In this document: piece by piece, positions 22,265 to 34,468 of the stretch | Numbering within the stretch: position 1 is the stretch's first letter | How the letters are laid out: the number at the start of each line of letters is the position of its first letter | Origin: Eukaryota sp. TZLM1-RC | Lineage: Eukaryota > Protista > Metamonada: BaSk clade | DNA length: 64,000 bases | Direction: 5' to 3' | Assembly: GCA_040285825.1 (NCBI GenBank) | Contig: JAUPSS010000006.1 | Location: 620,001 to 684,000, forward strand | The notes under the pieces: model-generated | What the model was told of the DNA's origin: nothing | The model's input: the letters and a program-made list of their open reading frames with translations, nothing else | The model's database searches: none | Translations under genes and position numbers: made by a program

Positions 22265-23235
22265 CCAACAAAAATCAATTCAAGAAATTCCAAACCGATC
22301 TCTTTTTAATTTACAGTTTTGCTGTATGAAGCTTCAACAAAAATTGTCAAAGATTTTTGAAAGCTTGGATTTTGATGTTAGACTTGGCTTGGACAAGAAA
22401 AAGAATCCCGCTTTTGCAAATCTTTTACAAGATATGTGTGATAGTACTTCTTCTGCCTTAGTAACAACAATTCTTCAAGTTTATGGTACTCTCTTAACTG
22501 ATTCTGCTTGGACTTTGGATATGAGATTTCGTTCCGTTATCTGGCCTGATAACTTTTCTCATTATTTAATTTGTAATTGTTCTCGAGAAATTACAACTAC
22601 TCATTTTTTAAATTGTAAACATTTTATTACTTTTAAAAGCAAGGTTCACAACACTAGAAGAGACCATTTATATTGCATGTGAAAGCCTCCTACAATGAAT
22701 TTCTTTTTGGAACCTCTGTTGTCTAAAGTGTTTGATACTGAAGAGCATTTTCTTATTACCTAGATTAGATGGAACTTTCATTTTGTTGGATATAATGTAT
22801 GTGGATCCTTGTAATGTCTCAAATGAAAAACTTGCTAATTCTCAAATTCATAATCCTCTTTCAAATCCTGAAAAATTCAAACTCAAAAGATACAATGAAC
22901 CTTTGTCCAAATTGGCCAGTCAACAGCATGCAAAACACAATTTGTATCCATTTGTATTTTCTCTTTTTGGTTCACTTGCACCAACTGCTTTACGTTTTTT
23001 TGGATGATTTTGAATTGATTGTAAAGAGAAGAACTGGGAGAAATTTCAACAGATTGTTTTGGCAAAATAGAATTGTGTTTTCTGTTTTTAAGGGGATGTT
23101 GAAGATGGTTTCTGATGCTTTGCTGTCCCTTGGATCTCACTATGAGAGAGTTGCATCTAGTGTTTTTGGTTTGGGAGAGATGGATTTTTTAGATGTTGAT
23201 TTTTAGGTTTTGAATAAAATTAAAATTAAAAAAAA
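22265..23235 (+). mobile_element. 5'-truncated RLE non-LTR retrotransposon family B, degenerate
   Basis: CNC...HFLNCKHFITFKSKVHN..RD, LDIMYVDPC, PFVFSLFGSL, FWQNRIVF; A-rich tail. Confidence 0.85.
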
Positions 23236-24268
23236 ATTTCGTGTGGAATAATTAAAATATGGAATCCTTTTCAACTCCTGTTATTTCATATACACCTCTT
23301 TGTGCTTTTGATGAATCAAACTAAGACCTGCTACACCAGGTCACCCCCAGTGGCAATGAACCAGCCAGTAGCTACCCCACTCCGAATTGTCCCTGTTCTC
23401 TTTTAACGAATGAGTGACTCTTCATACGGGATATGTTGAACATCTTCAGCAATTCCCGGTTTCTGTCATTAAACACAATATCAAGAACACCAAGCCATTG
23501 TTTAGGTTCTATATAAAACCGACGAAGTATAATGATTCTTACAAACCGCAAATATTATTGACATCATATCGATGATGTTGATACATTTCATTGTGCTGAT
23601 AGTCTTTTTTGAATAAAATAGATACAGATTTGTTTATTAATAGATAAGGTGAAGAATAGTTTTAACTATCACAAAAGCCTAAAAGATTGAACATTCAACA
23701 GAGTCTCATGATAGGGGAATGTGGCCTTACATCCTAGGAAGAATATAAAGCGGTGTGCAGGGGAGATGGCAAAGCATCAAGAGGTATCACATGTCTTGTC
23801 ACTTTGAGAGAAGAGACATCAACCCCAGAAATAATGTGATCAGTTTTTAAGGCATTGATGTGTTATGGGAATCAGAGCTCCGGGTTCGACGGAAATGTTC
23901 ACCACGGAAACTGAGTTCATCAATGAACACCAATTGCTCGTGGTGAACAATTCCAATGTACTTAGAAAAGAGGTGATCAGTCAAAAAGCCTAAAAGATTG
24001 AAGAAGTTTACTTTGACGATATATCATTATTCCATAAAACTGATTTTGTGGAAGGAATGAACAATTTGATTGGTTAAGTCAAGAAAAACACAATGCTGAG
24101 ACCAGTAAATTGAGATGGGAACAAGATTGAGGAATCCATGTTCTACATTATGTAAGAGGACTTATGTAGACTACATAAGAGTCTTGGGATTTCCTCTTCC
24201 CATTTGATCATCATTCCATTTTTGGATTCACGATCACCCTTATCAACTTATGGCCAATACTCTTCAGA

Positions 24269-26329
24269 ATGGGCAACGCTCCTTCCTGCTCAACATTTAA
24301 TTTTGAACATGCAGATGTCACAGTTTCATGCCAATGCCAAATTGAGGAGAATGACCCACTTTCTGTTTCAAACCTCTTGTCCCAACTTGATAAACTTGAA
24401 ATTACTTTTGAAACACCACGTCCCCAGATTGCCATTTATTACCATGAAATCATCTTACCTTTTCTTTCTCATCCGCAATCCATTCCACTACTACCATTCT
24501 TCCTCTTTCGTCGACTTCCTTCGTTCTTCTTGAAAGACTACGATTCGGCCTGTACAAACCAATTAGATCTATCCCTTTTTGAAAAGAAATGCCTACATTC
24601 CTTCATCAGCGATTGTTATCACCTCAAAAAGTTTGCAGTATCTCATGCAAAACGGGTGCGCAAAGGGACCAAAAAGCGGACCGAAGAGTTCCATAAACTG
24701 TTAGAGAAGTTCCAAGCACCCTCCTTTGCCAAGCAACTTGTCAATTCGTGGAGATCTTCAAGAATGGAGAATTACTACATGCGCATTGCAGTATTTTGTC
24801 AAGTAATTGTGGAACTTGTTTTTCCTGATGAAGTTTTCCTTCTACGAGAGTTTAAGGACCAATGGTTGACTCGATATCCCCATCTCTGGAGCATTCTTTG
24901 TTCTTGTGATCGAGATTTCTTCACCAGACAAGTTACTGACTGCATTGTGAAGTTTTTCGACCGTGATGGGGTTTCAACAGACAAGGAGTCAATAGTTCTA
25001 AATGATTGCAGTTTTTTTCTGGTATTATCTTCACTCTCAGAGTTTTACATGGAGAATACCAAGTTTTTGAAGAAATCTCGCTATTGTATTTTTCTATTTA
25101 CCCAATCTCACCACAACTTGCATTTTTCCAACTCGTTGTGTCACTACTGCTTGTCTTTTCCAATTCCTGTGGCTCACATTCATCCTTCATGTAGAGGCAA
25201 CAGAACTTTGGCTTCTCGTGCTATCTGCTTGGCTTGCTGTAAGTTTCTCTCAGTCAATTCAATATCTGTTTGCCCATTCGGATGTAATACCGAGATTTCA
25301 TTTAGCAAAGTTCTATCATCTACGGAGTTCAACGTGAAGAGTCGCGAGCTTGAGTTTTGGGTTAATGATGTACCTTCTTATTTACTATTTTTCAGGAGAT
25401 TTTGTTTCCAAACATTCTTGGATTTCACTCGGCGATTTATCACTAGAGATTCTCCTCTGCGTAATGTCTTAACTCAGTTCCGTGAAAAAGTCAAATATGA
25501 GGTGCTACCTCCTTACAGGTTTACTAAATTTGCACGAACAAGACATAAAAGAGCAGCTGCGTTGAATTTTGCGGATGGTCTTGAGGTCATGATTGGTATT
25601 TTGAATAGCCATCAAGCTCTTTCTCATGAAGATTCAAGGTCTTTAAGTGTTTTTCACAAACGATTACTGAGTTCTTCCATTCTGAAACCACAATTATGGA
25701 TTTCAGGTTCTTGTACATATTCTTTATCATCATTTCGTGTACAAAATTTGTTGTTGCATTTGTTTGATGAAATGTGTGTTTTTAATCGATCTTTGAGTTT
25801 GCAAAAGACTATATTCCCCTATTTTGTGGATTTGCTTCATCAATGCAGTCAAGAGTTGGTCATTGATTCCTATGCATTGCCCTTACTCTCATCCTCCTTG
25901 TTTGTTGGTACTTTTCGTCTTCATTTTAAAGAAGTTCAGCTCACACACGAGGATTTGGGATTTATACAGGGCCATTTTCACAAGTTATTTGCTTGTTTAA
26001 AAGAATGGAAGGAATTCGAACCCAAGATTGGTTCAAAAAGATTGAAATTTTTCGGAATTGCTTGCGATGATGGCAATTTATCACCAAATTTTGAAATTGA
26101 ACAAGCTATTGAGCGATTTGGTTTGACTCGAGTCGTTCAAGAGTGTTTGAATAAGGTCTGTTTCGCACCTATCTCCTTGTTTAAATGCTGTCCTTTACGT
26201 TTGTATTGTAAAATACTTAAACTGTGTGAAATTCCCCATGAATCTTTTCCTGAATCTTTGATAAATTCTATTAAAACAATCTTTTTTGTTGATTCTGGGA
26301 GATCCAACCAGGTATTCCTTGTAACATAA
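24269..26329 (+). CDS. Uncharacterised protein with N-terminal MG acylation motif and RING-like Zn finger; paralog of 34469-36430
   Basis: 686-aa ORF; MGNAPSC; CHYC...H..C...ICLAC...CPFGC; blocks shared with the paralog. Confidence 0.8.
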   Translation: MGNAPSCSTFNFEHADVTVSCQCQIEENDPLSVSNLLSQLDKLEITFETPRPQIAIYYHEIILPFLSHPQSIPLLPFFLFRRLPSFFLKDYDSACTNQLDLSLFEKKCLHSFISDCYHLKKFAVSHAKRVRKGTKKRTEEFHKLLEKFQAPSFAKQLVNSWRSSRMENYYMRIAVFCQVIVELVFPDEVFLLREFKDQWLTRYPHLWSILCSCDRDFFTRQVTDCIVKFFDRDGVSTDKESIVLNDCSFFLVLSSLSEFYMENTKFLKKSRYCIFLFTQSHHNLHFSNSLCHYCLSFPIPVAHIHPSCRGNRTLASRAICLACCKFLSVNSISVCPFGCNTEISFSKVLSSTEFNVKSRELEFWVNDVPSYLLFFRRFCFQTFLDFTRRFITRDSPLRNVLTQFREKVKYEVLPPYRFTKFARTRHKRAAALNFADGLEVMIGILNSHQALSHEDSRSLSVFHKRLLSSSILKPQLWISGSCTYSLSSFRVQNLLLHLFDEMCVFNRSLSLQKTIFPYFVDLLHQCSQELVIDSYALPLLSSSLFVGTFRLHFKEVQLTHEDLGFIQGHFHKLFACLKEWKEFEPKIGSKRLKFFGIACDDGNLSPNFEIEQAIERFGLTRVVQECLNKVCFAPISLFKCCPLRLYCKILKLCEIPHESFPESLINSIKTIFFVDSGRSNQVFLVT

Positions 26330-27129
26330 CCCCAAGTTTTCTAACATTTGTTACCACAGAATTGGCGGTTTCCGTTGCATATTGTTTTTTCTTTTGATTA
26401 GTTACAACATTGCCAAATGCTGTTTTAAGAAGTAGTACACTGCTTCCGTGCGTTAGTGTTTGAGGAGGTTTCAACTCAGGAAGTTGTTTACTGTTTGTCG
26501 ACAGATGAGGATTGCTCTGAAATGAAGAACATTCGTCTCCTTTTGGAAAATTTTTCTGAATGATTCAGAAAATGTAGAAAAGGCGAGTTTTCCATAGGAG
26601 ATTGATTTTTAGTTTTTATAATTTTGTTTGAATAAAATAATAAAAATAAATAATACAATATGTATTAATATGAATAAAATAGGTATTGAAATTATTAACA
26701 GCTTACCTCGGTTTATCAATCAAATTTTCTGAATCTTTAGTAATTAATTGTTTTGGAAGTAGGGGATGTAGGTTTTGAGGATGTGGAGATTTAGTTGTGA
26801 ATTGCATGTTTTCATATTCCTTATTAAATGAAAAAACAATAATTAGAAAATAATTAGAAAAAAAGAAACTTAGAATAGTTGATGAACTTATTCTTTAAAT
26901 TATCCTTTTTGTTCAGCGACAATTCATTTTGCTAGTATTTTGTACCTTTTTTAGTGTGTATAAACATTTTTTTATTGATCTTGCACACTGCTCACAAATG
27001 GATTTAACCCCAACTATTTATATTTATTAAACCTGTAGACTGAAGAAAAAAAATTCATTACTAATGGAACAAAATTCGTTGAACCAAGACTTCGTCTACA
27101 AAATATGGATCTGCATGCTATCTAGCTGA

Positions 27130-27490
27130 AGCGTCTCTCATTCGACTGGAAAACCGAGGTAAGCTTTTAACAATGGCAAATTGAATTCAAGAGCGCCACA
27201 AAAAACATCAAAACTTCTCATTGTTTTTCCGGGAATATTTTTTGAAACTATTCTTTGTGGAAGACAACAAGGCATCGCCACCAACTCTGTTAATGATGAA
27301 GGATAGCTTAAGTCAGTAGCCTTATGTTCCCATGTTTAATCAATAACTCCGCTAGTGAGGTGGGTAATTGTTCTACATCGAATGGATAATGAAGCTCTAG
27401 ACTTTTGACATTTGACAATAACTCTGAATCATTATCAACCTTAGAAAAGCGAACCTCGAATTGTTTAATTTTAGTATCCAATACTTTGGG
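27130..27490 (-). pseudogene. Small relics: RLE element 3' end (~27130-27255) and RCC1-LRR family C-terminal fragment (~27290-27490)
   Basis: QFAIVKSLPRF-like relic; PKVLDTKIK...VEQLPTSLAEL matches the gene at 642. Confidence 0.65.
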
Positions 27491-28732
27491 AAGAACTGAA
27501 ATTGTTTGCTTTTGTTTCGAATGTTCAAACTGAGAATTACACATTTATTATACCATTATTTACTGATAAGTTAAAATTGCTAAAATTGATAAAATTGCAA
27601 GATTGATATTGTCAAATTTGAAATTCATGCTCAAGACTTACTACTGTTTTATGATTTGGTTTTAAACATAAAAAATTTAAATATTGTAATATTCTTATTT
27701 GTTTTGTTGTCGGAAAATTTCTCAAAAACAACTTGAATTATAAATCATTAACTTGAATAAGTTTGCTCAAAAAGTTAGCAGTACGTTTTAAAATTGAGCT
27801 TATATATTCAAAAATTTATTCATATTATATGTCATACTTATATGTCAAAATCAAAATCAAAAAATATATTAAAATATAAAAATATACAAATACATTTCAA
27901 AATCAAAATGTGAATTGTTTGTCACAAAACATTGGATGAACAGTTTTCAAGAATCAGCTGAAACACTAAGGGTAATCAACATCAGATTCTTGTGCATATG
28001 TTGAAAAAATAATTCAAAAAAGCAATAAACTAAACAAGACCAAATGTTTATTCATTCAGATATTTGTGATTAACTATATATTAAAGTACATCTCCATGGC
28101 AAATAACTAATAAGATAAATTATTGATGATTCGTCGATGATTGGTTCCATTGAAGATCTTGAATGTTCTTTAGATGATTTTGTAGAACTATCTAGATCAA
28201 TTGGTCTGCACATTAACTTTAAAAGTGTTTGCTTAAGTGTTTGCGGAGAAGTCTTTTTCTTATGATGATCAATTGATTAAATTTGTTAATTATAATACTC
28301 ATTCTTTTAAATTTTTAGTGACTTAATTTGGCGACCAAGGTGGCATTTTGGAAATTTTGAATGACTTTCGAGATAACTTTGAATCCCAATTACAGGATAT
28401 TTTGGATCATGGAATCAAAAAGCATTTAGCATTTGCGGTTCCTTCAATTTGTTTCAATTCCCAAACTAATCATTTTTTGAGGTCGGTTCCCCCTTCGATA
28501 GGTATATCGATTGCTCAAAGATTTAATCGTATCAGAACTAATTTTTTAGCTCGTTTGGTTAAATTTAATCCATCAAAAGATCCGTACGACGCTTTCTTTT
28601 TGGCCTATATAGGGCGTTTAAAATTTCCTTTTGAGTTCAATCTGCGCTTTCAAAAGGTTTATGACCAATTGCTTAAAGAGAATTCTTCATGGTTATCGTC
28701 CCGTGATAATTCTATTCTGGATTTGCCCATCT

Positions 28733-29812
28733 TGATGCCGTTAGGCAGAAATACCAAAGAAGTAAAGAGAGAAAAAGAGCTTTATTAATAGAAATACTTG
28801 TTTTTGAACAAGTGCCACGTCATCATGTAAATTCTTCATCTGTCTAGCAAGTGTAACAACAACACTACTTCCTTCCATTTTCTTTCAACAGTTTCGTGAA
28901 CCATTTAGCATAATGAAGAAAGGGGATTTGTGAGATACTGAGGCACGTGGCGTAAATGATTGACTTCGTGCTTAACTTTTGAGGGGCAATCACGAGCTAG
29001 ATGACCTTTCTGGTGACATTTGAAACATGTCCCTTCAGTCAAATTGCGAGACCTATGGAAAGAACGAGACTTCATACCAGCTTGACGCACAGAGTCGGTA
29101 TTTTCAGAAACAGTCTTTAAAGACCTGTTCCAAGAAGCTACTCGCGTGCAATCAAGTAGTTCATCCTCTGCGGTATTTACCAATGTAGGAAAATCGGGGA
29201 ATACCTCATCCCGAATTCGAGAAATCAGAGATTTATGCAGTCCTAATGGAAGAATACCATTGGCGAATCTGATCATGAAGGCTGAGTCAGGTAGTTTCAG
29301 TCCGGAAGCCCTGCTTTTCGCCTGAAGAAAACGTCTCAGGTAGCAGGACATACGTTCACGGACGTCGCCCTTACGGACATCAACCTTCAACTCAGACATC
29401 ACCAAGTTGAATTCCTCGTACGAGGAAAACGAGGTGGAGGATCTTAAATGATCCAGAAACACCTCATCGGATGAATCGACCCCAGGTCTTGTGAGAACCA
29501 ATGATTCTAACAAGAAGGGGTCAACGAGGAGCCTTGCTGGAACAAGGTCCTTTTTCGGTGTAACAGAAGAGTACACCTTCCACTGTTGTAGGAACAACAG
29601 AACATCATCCACTTCCATAGAAGCAAGGCATGGATGTAGTACGTGTGTAGATTTCATCTGCAATGAGGGCCAATAATTATTGATGCCGTTAGGCAGAAAT
29701 ACCAAAGAAGTAAAGAGAGAAAAAGAGCTTTATTAATAGAAATACTTGTTTTTGAACAAGTGCCACGTCATCATGTAAATTCATCATCTGTCTAGCAAGT
29801 GTAACAACAACA
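28733..29812 (-). mobile_element. Non-autonomous gag-only LTR element (TR-GAG-like), 1080 bp
   Basis: 132-bp LTRs at 28733-28864 and 29681-29812 (1 mismatch), TG..CA ends, TSD ATCT, PPT GAAAGAAAATGGAAGGAAGTAG at 28865-28886 (minus strand). Confidence 0.93.
28905..29657 (-). CDS. gag: Gag (capsid-like region + CCHC nucleocapsid knuckle)
   Basis: Intact 250-aa ORF from ATG 29657; CFKCHQKGHLARDC; RFANGILP resembles KFFTNGIRP of element 1; WKVYSS resembles LKVYAS. Confidence 0.88.
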   Translation of the reverse strand: MKSTHVLHPCLASMEVDDVLLFLQQWKVYSSVTPKKDLVPARLLVDPFLLESLVLTRPGVDSSDEVFLDHLRSSTSFSSYEEFNLVMSELKVDVRKGDVRERMSCYLRRFLQAKSRASGLKLPDSAFMIRFANGILPLGLHKSLISRIRDEVFPDFPTLVNTAEDELLDCTRVASWNRSLKTVSENTDSVRQAGMKSRSFHRSRNLTEGTCFKCHQKGHLARDCPSKVKHEVNHLRHVPQYLTNPLSSLC

Positions 29813-31750
29813 ATCTATGTTTGGAATCAGTGCTTTCCATCTAATGTTGATGTAATTCCTGGGAGAACTGTTGATTGCTTGCGATGTTCTGTTGTTAAAT
29901 TACAAAATTCGATCTTACATAGTCTTAAGGACTATGGATTTTACTAAACGTCTTAGTGTGACTTAGTGAAAGAATGCCGTCTTTGCAGCCTTTTTGCTTG
30001 ATTTACAACAAAGTAGTGCCCTTATCAACAAAAGCACAGACCATATGGTCTCTATCTCGACAATGATGCATGGAAACTAAACATGCGACTTCTCCTTGGA
30101 TTATTCCCGTTAGAATTATTGTATAATAGTGTTTGTTGCTGTGTTAATAGACCTCAGGCCGATTTCAAACATGTTGTTAGTTGCAAAAAGTTCCTTCAGT
30201 TTATGTCATCATTACACAATTCAGTTCGTTATGTGACATATGAGATGTTTAGGTGTCTTGGTTTTAATGGAAAAACAGAACCTCTTCTGAAACATTACAG
30301 TGATAGTGGTATCTTCAATTGTTGCCGTGGAGATTTGATTGTACCCTTGACAATTCAGGCGGTTGTTGATTTTGCTACTGTTGATCCTTGTGCAAAAATG
30401 TACTTGTCTTCAGTTTTTAATGATGAAAGTTCGCATCTGTGTCAGGCAGAGGCACGTAAGCATCATTTGTGTGATGAACTTATGAGGACTCTTAATCATA
30501 ACTTGTACCCTTCTTTTGTTTTCATTCCGTTTGCAATTTCGATTTTTGGAAGTATTGGTTTGATAGGTCAAAAGTTTCTTGATTCTTTTGCCAAGTCATG
30601 TCTTGAACGTAACAGATCATTTAACATCTCCACTTGGCGTAATAGAATCATCTTGGTTTTTTTTCGAAGCTGTCCCAAATACGTGTCTCATATATTCAAA
30701 AAGTTATACAAAAGTGTAAGGTTGGATGTGGAGAATTTTTCTTCTTTTAAGTTCTAGCTTTTAGCTACAAGTTGTCACTCTTCAATAAAAATAAATAATT
30801 AAATAAATAAATAATAAAAGAAATAATTATTCTTCATAACCAGTTGGAAATCGATATTTCTTTGCATTCCGATTTTTTTACAATCATTTAAGATAAAAAA
30901 TTAAATAGTTCAATAAATAATTATTCAATGTGAACACAACAACCCAATAAAAAAATTATTAGTAAAGGCACAAACATAGAATATAATCAAAGTAATGTCA
31001 CTATCACATGTTAAAAGTCAGCATTTCTGAGATTACACACAAAGCAAATTCACCAAATTTTCCACAAATGGTCAACGAACATCCACATGATCGTGTCCTT
31101 ATGTCTGGGCAGCGAGCACATTTGAATAAATAACAATAAGAATAAAAATAAGGCGGATGAATTGCCCAAATTCGGTGTGATTTATTTGGTAAATGTTCCG
31201 CAAAATAAACGTTTTGAACAAGATAATAATAAAACAATGATATGAAACTAACCGCATGAAGTTATCAATAGAAAACAGATGTGAATGGACAAGACCGAGT
31301 AAAAGTAGTATCAAAAATTTCAAAACTCCAACTCCAATATAATAAATTTACAAAAATTACAAGAATATTTCTCCCCCTGCTTTTCACTTACCACCAAAAA
31401 AAGGTTTAATCATATACAAAATTGAATAAAAGTTAGACGGAAACTATACACCTAGACAATGTAAAACAACATAAACACCATAGTGGAAACGTTTATTGAT
31501 CCCACTATTGGTGCTACTATTTTAATGTCATCACAATTTGAGAATATCGCAGCAAGAATGCACAACACGAAAATCACAATGGTTGACTATAACAACAGTC
31601 AAGGAGAAGTTTTCTGCATTGCTGAATCACAAAAGGGCCTTGCCAATTCCCATTCAACTGATTCAGCATTAAATTAGCAGTCAATTGGTCGTTTGCATTC
31701 AAACAACCTTGCTAAAATTGTAACCAACACCAAACACTTCTCTTCTCCCC

Positions 31751-33091
31751 ATGATCCTCACATGTTCCATTTGCCACGAAACCATGCAAGAACCTTGCTC
31801 ATTGACCTGTGGACATAGCTTTTGCCTTAACAAATGTCTCCGTCCATGGTTTGAGAAGAGCCAAACCTGTCCCGAATGCCGTCATCCTGCAGAGAGGAAG
31901 AGTTTGCATGTGAACATTAGTCTAAGAGAGGCCATTGAACACATGTCCCTCTCTTCTCCTCGATGCGAGCGGTGTGAAGAAGCTCCTGCCGCTGTCGTCT
32001 GTCACGATTGTACATCATCTCTTTGTCAAACTTGTACAGGTATTGTCCACTCAATGGGTGTATTTCGATCCCACACTGTTGTACCCCTGCATGAAAGCCC
32101 CCTTCTCCCCAAGAAGTGTACAAAGCATAAAACAAAACCTTTGGAGTACTTTTGTCAGCAGTGCTCAATTCCTGTTTGCGTTAACTGCTGTCTTGTGGAC
32201 GGGCACACTTCCCATGGCGATATGCTTCCTCTCGATGCAGCTCTTGATTCCTACACCACCACCATTGCCACCATAAACAATATCCTTGAACAATGCCTTT
32301 GCCAAGCCAAGGAAGTAGGCAGTGAAGCCACATCTCAACTCTCCCGAACGATCGGCGATTTCCTAGAATCCCTCAAATGTTGTATCGACTCTTGTAAGGT
32401 TCCAAGCTCCACTGACGTCTTTTTTTCTGGAAACCCTGTTACCATCAACCAAACTGCTCCTTGTTTAAAGAATCAGATTAAAAGCTGTTTTTCTGATGCA
32501 AAAGATAATATTTCTAGAATTGAGGGTAAATTCGTTGAAATTGCTGAAAAAATCAAGGATGTTGTTGATTCAACTAAGTTTGGTGAACCCAAAATCACCA
32601 GTAATGTCGCTCAATCTTTTGGTGGTGTGGTTTTTTCCAAGGAATATAAGAATTATAAGGTTTTTGTTTCTGATGATGGTTTGATTGCTAAAAGTGGTGA
32701 TGGTCCTTTGGAACAACCAATTAGAGGTGATAAACCCTTGAAGCATGGTAGTGTTTATAAATGGAGGTTTCGTTATCAAGGTTGTGATCGTAATCTTGTT
32801 ATTGGTGTAATTGCTGGGAAGAAGTTTAACATTTCTGGGATCAGTCGTTCTGATGTCTATGGATGTTTTAATGGGGGTACTCTCATCAACACCTCTGGAA
32901 CCACTTCCCAATGGAAACAAGGTGATGTAATTGAAATCACTGTTGATTTAGTTAATTACACCATTAATTTGAAGGAGGTTGGTTCAGGTTATATTGATTT
33001 AAATGGTGAACTACCTAGATTAGATGGTGATTTTTATTATCCTTGTTGTAGTTTGTACGACCGAAATCACCAATTGTATATTGTAGAATAA
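31751..33091 (+). CDS. TRIM-type RING-Bbox1-Bbox2-coiled coil-SPRY-like E3 ligase
   Basis: C3HC4 RING CSIC..CGHSFC..C..CPEC; B-boxes CERC..CHDC..LC..C...H..H and CTKH...FC..C...VC..C....H..H; SPRY-like YKWRFRY..LVIGV..WKQGDVIEITVD...YYPCCSL. Confidence 0.9.
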   Translation: MILTCSICHETMQEPCSLTCGHSFCLNKCLRPWFEKSQTCPECRHPAERKSLHVNISLREAIEHMSLSSPRCERCEEAPAAVVCHDCTSSLCQTCTGIVHSMGVFRSHTVVPLHESPLLPKKCTKHKTKPLEYFCQQCSIPVCVNCCLVDGHTSHGDMLPLDAALDSYTTTIATINNILEQCLCQAKEVGSEATSQLSRTIGDFLESLKCCIDSCKVPSSTDVFFSGNPVTINQTAPCLKNQIKSCFSDAKDNISRIEGKFVEIAEKIKDVVDSTKFGEPKITSNVAQSFGGVVFSKEYKNYKVFVSDDGLIAKSGDGPLEQPIRGDKPLKHGSVYKWRFRYQGCDRNLVIGVIAGKKFNISGISRSDVYGCFNGGTLINTSGTTSQWKQGDVIEITVDLVNYTINLKEVGSGYIDLNGELPRLDGDFYYPCCSLYDRNHQLYIVE

Positions 33092-34468
33092 TTGTGTTTG
33101 ATTAGTTTTATAAATCATTTTTGCAAAATCATTGTTTATTTTCAATTTTCACCAATTCCGACAAAATGATCACATTAATCAAAGCATTGACAAAAAACTT
33201 GTTCAATTTTCAGTGTAATTGCAAATGAATCAATGATATTTGAATAAATGAAAGTTTTGAATTAGTTGAATTAAACACCAACATTACACCAATTTTAACT
33301 GAAATAAAGGTGGATTTATTACACTTTGAACAAAAATTTTTTAATCTTATAAAACACAACTAGCGATTGAACAGTTCACAAAATGCAATATTGATAAATG
33401 AAATAAACTTGAATAGACCATTTGCCATTGAAATGGTGAATGGGTTACAGAGTAGCCAAACCTGAACAAAGTCTTGTCCAGAGTGGTTTCAGTAACTCAA
33501 ACGGTGACAGTACATTCAACACAACGTTGTGAGATGTTGCTGGGGAGGAATGAAAAGTGAGTCTTCAAGTAAAGAATTGCCGCTCTTGTCAATAGAGTTC
33601 AACTTCAATTGATGAGGAGAAAGCACATGAAGCAGGTGAATTGTAGAGAAGCACACCTTTGGTTTCAGAAGATGAAAATTGTGAAAGTGTCTATAAGGAG
33701 ACAGTGGGTAATCAATTGGTGAGGGATGAATGTATACTTCAAGATTTAGCTTCTGAGGATTGGTTATCAAAAAGTTTTATTTATTTATTTTTAATTTTTA
33801 TTACATTATTTTTTTATGAAAAAGTGTTTTATTCCATGATAAAAAGGGGAAAATGCTTTTTATTTCTTGGGAATGATTGGTCACCATTAATGCACTTTTT
33901 ACCTTTTACTAAATACTGTAGATCCACTAAATGTTCCTAACTGATGCTTTCAAAGTATGCAAAAACTGACAGTTAAAGTATTGAATCGTTATCTACATTC
34001 AATTTTGAACTATCCATGCTTTGGTGTTTGCATAATTTGGTCAATTGAGAAACAATCTGTGTAGGCTCTATCATAAACTTCAGTACGCACTACCTTTATC
34101 ATGCAAGTTAATACAATGTCAAAAAACATTACAACTGTTATCTCATTATTTCAATAGGACAATGAGTCCCGCAACATATTTTATTTTATTTATTTAGTTA
34201 TTTTCTTTTATTTTGTTAACAATGTATTAATATACATCTCAATAGCAAATGATTGATGAAGCAACAAGGAAAAAAACACCTCCACAATCAGGAGGTTTTG
34301 ATATATCAAAGGCGAAATCAACGGATTGAATTAATCTTGTATTGAAGAAAATTTGATGGTACTAAATTATCTTATAGCAAGGTGGTAAATAGAAAAGACA
34401 AAAGTGGTGTAACATTGGTGAGAAAATTATCCAAAAAAATAAAAAATTAATGACTCAACAAAAATTAT

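Larger units (their letters stand above)
28095..30820 (+). mobile_element. Degenerate CRE-like RLE non-LTR retrotransposon family C, interrupted by the gag-only LTR element
   Basis: NHFLRSVPP upstream; CCC..HVVSC..LHNSVR..RGDLIV..VVDFATVDP..PFAISIFG downstream; removing 28733-29816 restores the frame LPIYVWNQCFP; (TAAA)n tail. Confidence 0.85.
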
